Shown here: piece by piece, positions 26,210 to 57,279 of the stretch
Layout of the letters: each line of letters starts with the position of its first letter
Position numbering within the stretch: the stretch's first letter is position 1
NCBI GenBank assembly: GCA_002269645.1
Contig: NIVC01002572.1
Span: forward strand, 31,846 to 95,845
Source: Macrostomum lignano
Taxonomy: Eukaryota
DNA length: 64,000 nt
Direction: 5' to 3'
Made by a program: the position numbers and the translations under genes
Notes under the pieces: model-generated
What the model saw: the letters and a program-made list of their open reading frames with translations, nothing else
What the model was told of the DNA's origin: nothing
Database searches by the model: none

Positions 26210-29076
26210 ATTGTCGCAAAAATACAGTCGGTTAATTCAGCTCGTAAATTTCTTATTTGATTTCCTTGTTAATTGCATTGTACCTAAAGCATTTTTAAAA
26301 GAAAAAAATCATATGTCTGAAACAAAAAAATAAATGGAATGTTGTATTTGCTTTTTTGTATCGCTAAGTATAGTTAATGTCTCGGTTTTAGTTATACTGT
26401 GTTTGGTATTAGATTAATAGCAATTTTGAATTGTATCTTCCTTAGAACGCACCTGTTCAGATAACTGTGGGTATGAGTACTAAGTACATCTTAGATTAAA
26501 TCTCCTAAGTATAATTAGTACTTAGTAGTGTGCACTTTACATTCTATTAGAGCGGTAGCAAATGCTATATTATATTACTATTTAAGTCCCTTGATTTTTA
26601 TTTACAGGCAGTATAATACTTTGATACGAAAAATCATTGCTTCTTTTTGCAATTCTTGAATTTCTGGTATATCCTATGTCAATGAATGAAAAATATACCT
26701 AATTAATTTCAGTATCAGCTATTATTTTATTAATACATGAAAGCCACACGTATAAGCCACTAAGTTGAAGACTGCAATGGAAGAAAGAGTTTGTCAAATC
26801 AGTATGTTTTTCTTCAGCTATGATCTGTGTTTAATTTTTACTTAGGCTTTTATCACAAAAAATATAGTTTTTGTTTTTGTTTAGGTGCTTAAGATTAAGA
26901 TTTTATAGACTCTTAGTCTTATTAGAACTAGTACTTGTACATGTTTTTGTTATTAATAATCAATATAATAAACAGATATACTAAAAAGGGGCATATTATT
27001 TTTTAAAAGTATATTATGTCAAAGCATATGCCAAATAAAAATAAATACTCTTTTCTTGCATGCAAATAACAATAAATAAATCAATATAAACCTATCTATA
27101 CCAAAAAATTTCTTAGGTTGGTAGCATTCATTAATTTACTATAGTCTATAAAGCCAAGGTAGACAATATAAACTATGCTTACCTGTTACCTATCTGCCAG
27201 TACTAGAATTTTCTAAATCTATGTGTATAGAAGTACTGAAAGAAAAATTAGCATACATTTTTGGGATATATATTAAAATGAGATATATTATTTTTTGATA
27301 TGTAAGTATAATATATCTAGTCTTATTGTATAATATATTAACTAAAGTAATTTTTGGAAATATTTTAGATATAAAATCATTTAGTTCACAAAAGTTGATA
27401 CTATTGGTATTATTTTGGTCCAACATTTTTTGAAGCTACTAATTTTAGAACCTAAAAATTAAATACTATATATTTGTTTTTCTATACATCATTGAAATAA
27501 AATTACCATTGATTGGCAATGACTTTGATTAACACATTTCAAAGCACCAAATATCATTTGGCACATATTAAATATATAATTTTTATATCAGATATATGAG
27601 GGCTTTTGTGAAAATGTATTTTTGTGCTATAGTATAATTACCATTTAATTCTAATAAATATTTAAAAAGGATATCCTAAAAGTAGTACCACTTATATATA
27701 AAGCTGATTATAATAGAACACTTTATTAGCAAAGCACAAAATAATAAGTAGCATAATCTATCTAACATTTTGATATTAGAGTTTTGACAAAAAAATGAAA
27801 CAAAAGTTATAACAAGTTGTGTATTAGACCTACAATGTGCAAGGTGACTCAAAAGTAATTGATATATTTAAGCAATGTAAGCATTTATTTATAATATTTT
27901 TTACTCTTACTTAGATAATCCTTTAATTTTTTTATGCAATTCAGCAAACTTATCATAATCTGCAAGCACCCTATACTTCTACTAGCATTATCAAAGCATA
28001 TTAATTTCATTGGCATAGAATTATGATTGAGTCTGATGCCTAAGTGTATATACTGATATACACACAGCATATATGTAGTATATAGTCCAATTCTTATAGA
28101 CATAATCTACCCAATAGCAATTGCAAGAGTGCCAGAGTTGCCAAAGCTTCAGAGTACAAAAATTGTCTGTTTTACTTAGTAAATATTAACCTCAGTGTCT
28201 GAAACAAATTACGCTATTGCTGCTGCTGTGGCTGCTTTCTAATTCCATTTTATACAGCCCCATTATGTCTTTCTTCTGTGTAAGCATAGAACTATTATTT
28301 ATATTTTGTATATGTATATTCTCAGTGGTATGCAAGCAAATTCATGCTGTCTAAAGCAGGAAGTAGCTACATGCTAAAGTAAGAAATTTCATTGAATAAA
28401 TTTAGCTTCCTAGTTCCTACTCGATACTACTTCTAGGACATCTATTGTATAGTGGCAAAAAAAATAGCGCAATAGGTGAATAGGGATTATGAAATGCAGA
28501 CTTAAAAACATTGTTAAGAGCAACAAGCTATGAAGTTTATTTAATTCAAGAACTTAAAACAATCTAAGATATTAGTCTATTTTATTATCATTAGAACTTT
28601 TGTAGTTTGCCATTTATGTTATTGTGGCATAATCCTTAGGGACCCTAATGAATCTATGCTAAACCATTTGTTCACTACATGTACATGTATACATATTATG
28701 TAGAATAATGTTAGGACCTCCTAATATCATTGCTATCTTAGTAATGCATTTCATAATGGTCTTGGTATATACAGTATTAAAACTGCAACTGCCTAAGGCT
28801 TCCATATATTAAAATTGCAATGGTACGATCATACTATGGAAATGTGTAACATTTGGTTCAATTATGTTAAATAATTGACAAATCATCTTATCATCTTATC
28901 AACAAAGTTATCAACTTATCAACAAATCATTAAATTTGCTATTGCAATTACTTATTTCCTACCAATTATGTTTAAATCCTGTCGATGTTTATTACTCACC
29001 TGGTCATTAAGCAAGTAAATGAGAATTTGTTGTTAGCCAGACATTACTGATATATCCTGCCATCTTTGTCACACAG

Positions 29077-45370
<16,294 letters not shown>

Positions 45371-45449
45371 ATGGCTGACTCATCACATTGTGCGCTGCAC
45401 CCCGCCGCAGTGGAATTTTATTTTGTCGCATTTATTTTCATTTAAAACA

Positions 45450-45455
45450 AATAAA
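45450..45455 (+). terminator. Candidate polyadenylation signal for PHTF
   Basis: AATAAA 80 nt after the stop codon, followed by GTGTT. Confidence 0.6.
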
Positions 45456-45677
45456 GTGTTGCCGAGTAACTCAGGTGATAAAAATCAATGAAAAGCATTT
45501 TGACTTAAAAATACCTTTTTTATATTGGCATTTTTTGTGACTAAAATTTGTTTTACTGCTACTTTTGCTAATGTTAGCCTGTTAGTAGTGTGTTGCGCAC
45601 GTAGCTTTTTATTAAATCACGACAGTCATTAAAAGTAAACCTTCCTCTTGCTGATTTAAGCAATCGCTTTTCAATCG

Positions 45678-48600
45678 ATTAGACAGAATCTATTTAGACA
45701 GACAGCATTCAATTAGACAGACAGCATTCAATTAGACAGCATTCAATTAGACAGCATTCAATTAGACAGACAGCATTCAATTAGACAGACAGCATTCAAT
45801 TAGACAGACAGCATTCAATTAGACAGACAGCATTCAATTAGACAGACAGCATTCAATTAGACAGACAGCATTAAATTAGACAGCATTCAATTAGACAGCA
45901 TTCAATTAGACAGCATTCAATTAGACAGCATTCAATTAGACAGACAGCATTCAATTAGACAGACAGCATTCAATTAGACAGACAGCATTCAATTAAACAG
46001 ACAGCATTCAATTAGACAGACAGCATTCAGTTAGACAGACAGCATTCAATTAGACAGACAGCATTCAGTTAGACAGACAGTATTCAATTAGACAGACAAC
46101 ATTCAATTAGACAGACAGCATTCAGTTAGACAGACAGCATTCAGTTAGACAGACAGCATTCAATTAGACAGACAGCATTCAATTAGACAGACAGCATTCA
46201 ATTAGACAGCATTCAATTAGACAGCATTCAATTAGACAGACAGCATTCAATTAGACAGACAGCATTCAATTAGACAGACAGCATTCAATTAGACAGACAG
46301 CATTCAATTAGACAGCATTCAATTAGACAGCATTCAATTAGACAGCATTCAATTAGACAGACAGCATTCAATTAGACAGACAGCATTCAATTAGACAGAC
46401 AGCATTCAATTAGACAGACAGCATTCAATTAGACAGACAGCATTCAATTAGACAGACAGCATTAAATTAGACAGCATTCAATTAGACAGCATTCAATTAG
46501 ACAGCATTCAATTAGACAGACAGCATTCAATTAGACAGACAGCATTCAATTAGACAGACAGCATTCAATTAGACAGACAGCATTCAATTAGACAGACAGC
46601 ATTCAATTAAACAGACGGCATTCAATTAGACAGACAGCATTCAGTTAGACAGACAGCATTCAATTAGACAGACAGTATTCAATAGACAGACAGCATTCAG
46701 TTAGACAGACAGTATTCAATTAGACAGACAACATTCAATTAGACAGACAGCATTCAGTTAGACAGACAGCATTCAGTTAGACAGACAGCATTCAATTAGA
46801 CAGACAGCATTCAATTAGACAGACAGCATTCAATTAGACAGACAGCATTCAGTTAGACAGAATCTATTTAGACAGACAGCATTCAATTAGACAGACAGCA
46901 TTCAATTAGACAGACAGCATTCAATTAGACAGACAGCATTCAATTAGACAGACAGCATTCAATTAGACAGACAGCATTCAGTTAGACAGACAGCATTCAA
47001 TTAGACAGACAGTATTCAATAGACAGACAGCATTCAATTAGACAGACAGCATTCAATTAGACAGACAGCATTAAATTAGACAGCATTCAATTAGACAGCA
47101 TTCAATTAGACAGCATTCAATTAGACAGACAGCATTCAATTAGACAGACAGCATTCAATTAGACAGACAGCATTCAATTAGACAGACAGCATTCAATTAG
47201 ACAGACAGCATTCAATTAGACAGTATTCAATTAGACAGACAGCATTCAATTAGACAGACAGCATTCAATTAGACAGACAGCATTCAATTAGACAGACAGC
47301 ATTCAATTAGACAGACAGCATTCAATTAGACAGACAGCATTCAATTAGACAGACAGCATTCAATTAGACAGACAGCATTCAATTAGACAGACAGCATTCA
47401 ATTAGACAGACAGCATTCAATTAGACAGACAGCATTCAATTAGACAGAATCTATTTAGACAGACAGCATTCAATTAGACAGACAGCATTCAGTTAGACAG
47501 ACAGCATTCAGTTAGACAGACAACATTTAATTAGACAGACAGCATTCAGTTAGACAGACAGCATTCAGTTAGACAGACAACATTCAATTAGACAGACAGC
47601 ATTCAGTTAGACAGACAGCATTCAGTTAGACAGACAGCATTCAATTAGACAGACAGCATTCAGTTAGACAGACAACATTCAAATAGACAGACAGCATTCA
47701 ATTAGACAGACAGCATTCAATTAGACAGACAACATTCAAATAGACAGACAGCATTCAATTAGACAGACAGCATTCAGTTAGACAGACAACATTCAAATAG
47801 ACAGACAGCATTCAGTTAGACAGACAGCATTCAGTTAGACAGACAGCATTCAGTTAGACAGACAGCATTCAATTAGACAGCATTCAATTAGACAGCATTC
47901 AATTAGACAGCATTCAATTAGACAGACAGCATTCAGTTAGACAGACAGTATTCAATTAGACAGACAGCATTCAATTAGACAGACAGCATTCAATTAGACA
48001 GACAGCATTCAATTAGACAGCATTCAATTAGACAGACAGCATTCAGTTAGACAGCATTCAATTAGACAGACAGCATTCAATTAGACAGACAGCATTCAAT
48101 TAGACAGCATTCAATTAGACAGACAGCATTCAGTTAGACAGCATTCAATTAGACAGACAGCATTCAATTAGACAGACAGCATTCAATTAGACAGACAGCA
48201 TTCAGTTAGACAGACAGCATTCAATTAGACAGACAGCATTCAATTAGACAGACAGCATTCAGTTAGACAGCATTCAATTAGACAGACAGCATTCAATTAG
48301 ACAGCATTCAATTAGACAGACAGCATTCAATTAGACAGACAGCATTCAATTAGACAGACAGCATTCAATTAGACAGACAGCATTCAGTTAGACAGACAGC
48401 ATTCAGTTAGACAGACAGTATTGAATTAGACAGACAACATTCAATTAGACAGACAGCATTCAATTAGACAGACAGCATTCAATTAGACAGACAGCATTCA
48501 ATTAGACAGACAGCATTCAATTAGACAGACAGCATTCAATTAGACAGACAGCATTCAATTAGACAGCATTCAATTAGACAGACAGCATTCAATTAGACAG

Positions 48601-49285
48601 ACAGCATTCAATTAGACAGACAGCATTCAATTAGACAGACAGCATTCAGTTAGACAGACAGCATTCAGTTAGACAGACAGTATTGAATTAGACAGACAAC
48701 ATTCAATTAGACAGACAGCATTCAATTAGACAGACAGCATTCAATTAGACAGACAGCATTCAGTTAGACAGACAGCATTCAGTTAGACAGACAGTATTGA
48801 ATTAGACAGACAACATTCAATTAGACAGACAGCATTCAATTAGACAGACAGCATTCAATTAGACAGACAGCATTCAATTAGACAGACAGCATTCAATTAG
48901 ACAGACAGCATTCAATTAGACAGACAGCATTCAATTAGACAGCATTCAATTAGACAGACAGCATTCAATTAGACAGACAGCATTCAATTAGACAGACAGC
49001 ATTCAATTAGACAGACAGCATTCAGTTAGACAGACAGCATTCAGTTAGACAGACAGTATTGAATTAGACAGACAACATTCAATTAGACAGACAGCATTCA
49101 ATTAGACAGACAGCATTCAATTAGACAGACAGCATTCAGTTAGACAGACAGCATTCAGTTAGACAGACAGTATTGAATTAGACAGACAACATTCAATTAG
49201 ACAGACAGCATTCAATTAGACAGACAGCATTCAATTAGACAGCATTCAATTAGACAGACAGCATTCAGTTAGACAGCATTCAATT
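45678..49285. repeat. 19-bp satellite ATTAGACAGACAGCATTCA with 15-bp variant, 3.6 kb, intergenic
   Basis: About 190-200 tandem units between PHTF and DGAT2. Confidence 0.97.
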
Positions 49286-49799
49286 GACGATCAAAATATC
49301 ACTCGCCATTGGACGAGGGTTTCTGAATTTGAATTCTGATTTGCTGGTGGCTGAGTCGAACGTTTTCACTCCATGCTCTCCAAATGCTGCTCAGATTCAT
49401 GCACTACGCAAACTTTTGACTGCATCTGGTTTCTTGGCGAGCCCAGACGCCAAATCAAAAAGTACAAGCGCCTTGACTCGGTCAAGAATTGGATAAGCCA
49501 GCCAACTCTGATTTAATCAATTCTGCAATTTCATGCCTTCAAACCTCTCCTGTGACCGGGACAGATTTGAGTCAGAGAGAAAAACAAAGAAAGCTTATCT
49601 GTGTCTGCTATCTGTTGCCGAGTGGTCACGCTGGACGGTGGCGGGCCTGCTTGAGTTTGAATGGACCTTTGAACTGCACACTCGGGCTGGCATGCTTGAT
49701 AAGCGCTCTCGGCAGGGTTGAGGCAAGAAAGCAGATCGCAGACAGGTTTTTCAGCGAGCGAGAAAAACTCCTGTTGCAGATCAAGTCCCGAGATCAGCC

Positions 49800-52232
49800 A
49801 TGTCCAATGGGTTTGGTTTGTCCACCGCGGCCGCCGCGGATCTCAAAGCTCCACTGCCGCTGAATGCCGACGCCGAAGTCGGGTTTGAGAAGGCGCAGCA
49901 GTCGGCGTCGCTGAATGTCGATATCGGAGCTGTCGACGTGTCGGCCCAGCTGGAAGTGAAGCTGGGCAGCGGCGACCGGGCTGATGAGCGTGTGGAGCCA
50001 GCGTCTAATGGGAGTCTGCGAGAGTCCGGTGATGAAGCTAAGGTTCAGGATGTTGGGGAGAAACCTCAAGGTCAGACTCCTAAAGCTACTGAGCAGCCTG
50101 AAGGTCAAACTACTGGAGCAAATGAGAAGCCTGAAGGTCAGATTCCTGAAGCTACTGAGAAGCCTGAAGTTCATATTCCTGAAGCTACTGAGCAGCCTGA
50201 AGGTCAAACTACTGGAGCAAATGAGAAGCCTGAAGGTCAGACTCCTGAAGCTAATGAGAAGCCTGAAGTTCATATTCATGAAGCTACTGAGCAGCCTGAA
50301 GGTCAGACTTCCGAAGCTAATGACAAGCCTGAAGGTCAGACTCCTGAAGCTATTGAGAAGCCTGAAGGTCAGACACCTGAAGCTAATGAAAAGCCTGAAG
50401 GTCAGACACCTGAGCCGTTAGAGAAGCCTGAACCTCAATCAAAGCCTGAACCTCAATCAAAGCCTGAACCTCAATCAAAGCCTGAACCCCAGACTCTTGA
50501 GCCGTCAGAGAGGCCTGACCCTGAATCGAAGCCTGAAACCCAGACTCCCAAGGCTTCCCAAGAGACGCATACCCAAGCTGAACCGTCAGCTTCCAAAAGA
50601 GCAGAGAACAGAAGCAGAAATCCGGACCAAAGGAAGAGCAGCGAAGGTGAACCGGCCGAGAGCCAACGCGGCTTCAGAATCTTCGGCATCGAATTCGCGC
50701 CGCTCAATACGCCGATGCGCCGACGCCTGCAGACTCTGGCGGTGCTGCAGTGGCTGCTGTCCATCACCGTGATGCCCATCATCTGCGTGCTGTTCATCAT
50801 GATGACCCTGCTGACCCCGCTGGCTCCGCTGTCTCTGGCCTATGTCGCTTGGATTTTTTTCTTCGACTGCAACACGTCGCAGCGCGGCGGCCGGCGCCTC
50901 GAGCGCGTGCGCCGCTGGTCGCTGTGGCGCCACTACCGGGATTATTTTCCCATCCGGCTGGTGAAGTCCGCCGACCTGGACCCCGCGCACAACTACCTGA
51001 TCGGCTACCATCCGCACGGCATCATCAGCTGCGGCGCCTTCTGCAACTTCGGCACCGAGGCCACCGGCTTCAGCGCCAAGTTCCCCGGCATCAAGCCGTA
51101 CCTGCTGACCCTGCGGATAAACTTCTTCTGGCCGCTGCTGCGCGGCTACTTCATGTCTGTGGGCGTGTGCGACGTCAGCAGGAGCAGCCTGCGCTGGATT
51201 CTCGGCCGCGAGGGCGGCGGAAATGCCGCTATAGTCGTGGTCGGAGGGGCTCAGGAGGCTCTGGATGCCAGGTGAATGATTGGTGAACTCAGTGCCAGGT
51301 GTGAATGATTGGTGAATTCAGTGCCAGGTGTGAATGATTGGTGAATTCAGTACCAGGTGTGAATGATTGGTGAACTCAGTGCCAGGTGTGAATGATTTGT
51401 GAACTCAGTGCCAGGTGTGAATGATTGGTGAACTGGGTTGCCGGGTGTGAATGATTTGTGAACTGGGTTGCCGGGTGTGAATGATTAGTGAACTCAGTGC
51501 CAGGTGTGAATGATTGGTGAACTCAGTGCCAGGTGTGAATGATTGGTGAACTCAGTGCCAGGTGTGAATGATTGGTGAACTCAGTGCCAGGTGTGAATGA
51601 TTGGTGAACTCAGTGTCAGTGTGAATGATTTGTGAACTCAGTGTCAGTGTGAATGATTTGTGAACTGGTTTGCCGGGTGTGAATGATTAGTGAACTAGCT
51701 CTGTCTGCAATGCAATTCAATTCAATCATTGCGCCAGGCCCGGCAACTACAAGCTGACGCTGCTGAAGCGCAAAGGGTTCGCCCGGATGGCCCTGCAGAC
51801 GGGGGCCCACCTGGTGCCCTGCTTCAGCTTCGGCGAGAACGACCTGTTCAGGCAGGCGGCCAACCCGCCAGGGTCCTGGGTTCGAGCGTTCCAGCAGATC
51901 TTCAAGGTGAGCCTAAGAAAAGGATTCACTGCGTGTACACGGCAAGATCAAAACTCCTCAAAACTTCTTCCTCCTCCCCAGGGCGCCCTGGGCTCCTCCC
52001 GCCGTTCTTCTACGGCCGCGGCGTGTTCAACTACACCTTCGGGCTGCTGCCTTACCGCCACGCGGTCACCACGGTGGTTGGCGCGCCAATCCCGGTGGAG
52101 AAGTGCCCGGAGCCCAGCGCTGAGCAGGTGGACCGGCTGCACCGCCTGTACATGGAGCGGCTGGCCGACCTGTTCGACGAGTTCAAGGCTGAGCACGGGG
52201 TGAAGGAAGACGTCCGGCTTGAGTTCGTCTGA
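49800..52232 (+). CDS. DGAT2: DGAT2/MOGAT-family acyltransferase with long acidic repeat N-terminus
   Basis: Exons 49800-51271, 51738-51906 and 51982-52232. Motifs: IEFAPLN...[87 protein letters not shown]...VVGAPI. A 1-nt shortfall at ~51993-52001 shifts the last exon. DGAT2 versus MOGAT specificity cannot be decided from sequence alone. Confidence 0.93.
50050..50560 (+). repeat. Coding tandem repeats: 33-bp ([11 protein letters not shown]) and 18-bp (KPEPQS)
   Basis: In frame with the DGAT2 domain inside ORF 49800-51275. Confidence 0.85.
51272..51695. repeat. 29-bp minisatellite GTGTGAATGATTGGTGAACTCAGTGCCAG, ~14 copies, fills DGAT2 intron 1
   Basis: Each unit reproduces the last exon bases TGCCAG followed by GT. 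Confidence 0.95.
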
Positions 52233-52532
52233 CCCGGGAGTGCGGCTCGTGCATTCATTCTGCGGCTCGCTATTGGAAAGTTGAATAGCCGGGAAACTTT
52301 CTTAGATTTTCTACTGACTACTTGTAGTGAGTAGCTAGTTAGTAAATATTCTGTCACCAATGTGATTGGGACCTATCTAGTATAAAATTCTAATTAAATT
52401 TAGGCGCTCTATTAATTAGCTGAATCGAGTGCATGTACACAGTGAAGATTTTTATAGTTCATTGGTCTACTGAAGGCGAATATCTTGCACTTTTTAACTT
52501 TTGTGTTGACCGCGCTTTCTTGACTCTTCATT

Positions 52533-52538
52533 AATAAA
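52533..52538 (+). terminator. Candidate polyadenylation signal for DGAT2
   Basis: AATAAA ~300 nt after the stop codon. Confidence 0.45.
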
Positions 52539-52630
52539 AGTACATGCAATCAAATGCAGCAATTTATCGCAATGAACTGGCCCTGCTGGCCGTGTCTGAG
52601 CGGTATGTCTGCGGTACCGAATGTACCTGG

Positions 52631-53416
<786 letters not shown>

Positions 53417-54649
53417 CTTGATGAATTTTGAAAGATGACGAATTGTAAACGAGATGTTTTGAAAAGGTGAATTGGAACCGTTGAGACTTGTTTTTGTTGC
53501 TACTGTTGCGGATACTTCGTTGATTGTTGATAATAATTAAGATTTACCACGCTGCAGTTAGCTCGTCTTACAGTACTTCATGCATAGTGTTATGTATTAC
53601 ACATAGGCTCCGATACTACTTGTCGGATTTTGGTTACAAGCAGTAGTGCGCTGCGGACTTGACCGTATTTATTAGTGCAAATAGATAATCCAGCTCATGG
53701 CTGCGGGCCAGAGGAGAGGAGAATGAGAGGAAAGATGAGAGAAGAGAGGAGAGAGGGTGAAAAGAGATGGTAGAGGAGAGAGAGGAGGGGAGAAAAGAGA
53801 ACAGAGAGTAAAGGGAAGAAAAGAGCAGAGAGAAGAGTGGAGAGAAAAGATCAGAGAACAGGGAAGAAGAGGGTAAGAAAGTAGAGGGGAGAGAAAAGCA
53901 AGAAGAGGGAAGAAATCAGAGAAGACAAACATCGAACGGGTCGGATTGCTATTGTGAAGTTTCAAAGGGCCACAAGGGGGAGTACAGCTGGGGGCTTGGC
54001 AGGACGCATGTTTGCCCAATGGCCCCAGCTGCAGTGTTCATATGCGATGCGGGATAAGGTTGGACACGCGTCTCAGCTTCATTCTATTCTCAGAGTATTA
54101 CAGAAACCAGCTGCTGAGCAATGGGATAGCTTTCCTAGATCTGTCTGTGAGCTTCTTGCATTGTTTACGGCAGTAAACAACAAACGACGCACGCAGCCCT
54201 GAGAAGTAGAGTCATGCGGTCAGCGGCGCTAAAATGAGTGCCAAAAATTAGTCATGTACATGTTGAATTCTTGGCTTTGTCCCCCACCATAAAATCCATG
54301 GCGACGGCCTTGGCAGCAGGACGTCCTGTGGCTGAATCGCACCAGTAATTGGCACATTTGGAAAATGCCATTTAGATATTATAAAGATAAGCGAGAAGAT
54401 AGCAAATAATCAAGCGTAACAAACACCCCTTAGCGAGAAGCGACTCTAGCAACTGAAATAAGAGTGTTGCGCAAGTTGCGTCACTGGCGGTTTGAAGTGA
54501 CTGAAACCCTCGCTAAGGGCGCAAATTCTAGCCAAGAAGCCCAAGCCTTAAGATAGATATCACGGTTCGATCGAAATGTGCTCGATGGGGTGAGTCAGTG
54601 CGTGGGTAGAGAAGCCTTTTCTTTTGGAGCAGGAAAATGCGTCAGTTTT

Positions 54650-54900
54650 TCTCTATCAGTCAGTCTGTATGAACAGGGAGGGTCATTTTGACCAAAACTT
54701 GCGATCTTTTGGGTTTCGGGCTGGGTTTCACGCCTTGTCTAGCATGGCCTACAGTGTCTACACATCGGTGCGCCCTTCTTGCACAACCGCTCTGTTCAAT
54801 TTCGTCAGCAAAGATTATCACGCCTGGGTCGGGAGAGAAAGGGAGACAGGGACAGGCCCAAGACAGGCGGGTTGGGTGTACACAGAATGGCACTAAAAAT
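54650..54900 (-). mobile_element. Possible highly decayed LINE reverse-transcriptase fragment
   Basis: VIIFADEI...ARQGVKPSPKPKRSQVLV loosely resembles (Y/F)ADD...GLK.N..KT.V. Weak, motif-level only. Confidence 0.25.
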
Positions 54901-55860
54901 AGCTCGGGTGTACACTACAGCCAGATTGGACAATTGGGGTTGGCTTTGGGACTTTAAACACTGAATCAACTGATTGTGACGCGCTGCTAAAAATAGCCGC
55001 GAGCCGCCAGGGCATAAAACTGGCCGCCACGGCGCGCTCAGAGGCCTCCAAGCGGAGAGCGCAGGCCAGTTGGATCTGCTTTCACAAGTCGGCTGACACC
55101 ATGACCGACTGGAAGTGGGTCCTGTCGAGGAATAAGCGGGACCCCTGTTGCCGCAGCACGCTTACTTCGTCAATGCCGCGGCTTTCAAGTCCGCGGCGTC
55201 GCCAATTCTCCATCTGAAGCCTCTCGCTTCGGTTCCGGAGGGCGCCAACGCTCGGACACCAGCGACCCCGCAATCACACCGTCCGGTGTGCTCAGGGGTG
55301 TCCAGTTGGCCGCTCTCTGGGACCACAGCTGGTCTCGCAGTCCACGCAGCTCCCAGCAGGTGTCTTGGGCTGTGCAAATCCGAATGCAGCTCGGGACTCT
55401 GTGAACTGGGACTGAGGACGCGCCAGCTGTGGAAGCAGACTGATCGACTGCTGCCTCCGGGGCCGAGCGAGACTCCCCTGCGCGCTGCTGTGGCATCAGG
55501 GGTTTCGCTTGCTTCTCGACAGGACTTGTGTCTTAGTTTTGTTAGAGCAGCTCTGTGGTTACCTGTGACACTCTCGCGCCAAATAAGTGCGTTTCCGTGC
55601 GAGGGCCGATCCCCGAAGGCCAACGCACGTTGTGTACATGCACCCTGTGCGAGCGCGTTTGTACTGAGTCATGCATGCTTGTACAGTTTCTTGCAGTCTA
55701 CGAAATTCGACTTTTTATCCTGAATCCTCAGATTGTAATCCTAACCCGACATCTAGCCCTAACCTAAACCGTAATTCCTAATAAGGGGTTTTAATATCTC
55801 CACAATCTCAGGCCCCCGAAAATGTCGGAAAATATGTAGCATCGGATATAGGAAGCGTCT

Positions 55861-57279
55861 GGGATATGAAGTGTCGGGGATATGAAGTGTCGGGGGATAT
55901 GAAGTGTCGGGGATATGAAGTGTCTAGGATATGAAGTGTCGGGGATATGAAGTGTCGGGGATATGAATTGTCGGGGATATGAAGTGTCGGGGATATGAAT
56001 TGTCGGGGATATGAAGTGTCGGGGATATGAATTGTCGGGGATATGAAGTGTCGGGGATATGAAGTGTCTAGGATATGAAGTGTCGGGGATATGAAGTGTC
56101 GGGGATATGAATTGTCGGGGATATGAAGTGTCGGGGATATGAAGTGTCTAGGATATGAAGTGTCGGGGATATGAAGTGTCTAGGATATGAAGTGTCTAGG
56201 ATATGAAGTGTCGGGGATATGAATTGTCGGGGATATGAAGTGTCGGGGATATGAAGTGTCGGGGATATGAATTGTCGGGGATATGAAGTGTCGGGGATAT
56301 GAAGTGTCGGGGATATGAAGTGTCGGAGATATGAAGTGTCGGGGATATGAAGTGTCGGAGATATGAAGTGTCGGGGATATGAAGTGTCGGGGATATGAAG
56401 TGTCGGGGATATGAAGTGTCGGGGATATGAAGTGTCGGGGATATGAAGTGTCGGGGATATGAAGTGTCGGGGATATGAAGTGTCGGGGATATGAAGTGTC
56501 TAGGATATGAAGTGTCGGGGATATGAAGTGTCTAGGATATGAAGTGTCGGGGATATGAAGTGTCGGGGATATGAAGTGTCGGGGATATGAAGTGTCGGGG
56601 ATATGAAGTGTCGGGGATATGAAGTGTCGGGGATATGAAGTGTCTAGGATATGAAGTGTCGGGGATATGAAGTGTCGGGGATATGAAGTGTCTAGGATAT
56701 GAAGTGTCGGGGATATGAAGTGTCTAGGATATGAAGTGTCGGGGATATGAAGTGTCGGGGATATGAAGTGTCGGGGATATGAAGTGTCGGGGATATGAAG
56801 TGTCTAGGATATGAAGTGTCGGGGATATGAAGTGTCTAGGATATGAAGTGTCGGGGATATGAAGTGTCGGGGATATGAAGTGTCGGGGATATGAAGTGTC
56901 GGGGATATGAAGTGTCGGGGATATGAAGTGTCGGGGATATGAAGTGTCTAGGATATGAAGTGTCGGGGATATGAAGTGTCGGGGATATGAAGTGTCTAGG
57001 ATATGAAGTGTCGGAGATATGAAGTGTCGGGGATATGAAGTGTCGGGGATATGAAGTGTCGGGGATATGAAGTGTCGGGGATATGAAGTGTCTAGGATAT
57101 GAAGTGTCGGGGATATGAAGTGTCGGGGATATGAAGTGTCTAGGATATGAAGTGTCGGGGATATGAAGTGTCTAGGATATGAAGTGTCGGGGATATGAAG
57201 TGTCGGGGATATGAAGTTTCGGGGATATGAAGTGTCGGGGATATGAAGTGTCGGGGATATGAAGTGTCGGGGATATGAA
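55861..57279. repeat. 16-bp satellite GGGGATATGAAGTGTC, ~88 copies
   Basis: Homogeneous tandem array flanked by degenerate CCTAAC/CCCTAA-like sequence (55740-55780, 57320-57350). Confidence 0.97.

Noticed and set aside
27190-28103. AT-rich minus-strand ORFs in the first PHTF intron
   Set aside because: Codon usage is unlike the real genes, there are no motifs, and no consistent exon chain.
54290-54320. hAT-like end (reverse complement CAAGGCCGTCGCCATGG)
   Set aside because: No partner TIR or TSD found nearby.
55082-55767. GC-rich cluster of overlapping ORFs
   Set aside because: No recognisable motif or splice structure; may be decayed retroelement sequence but unsupported.
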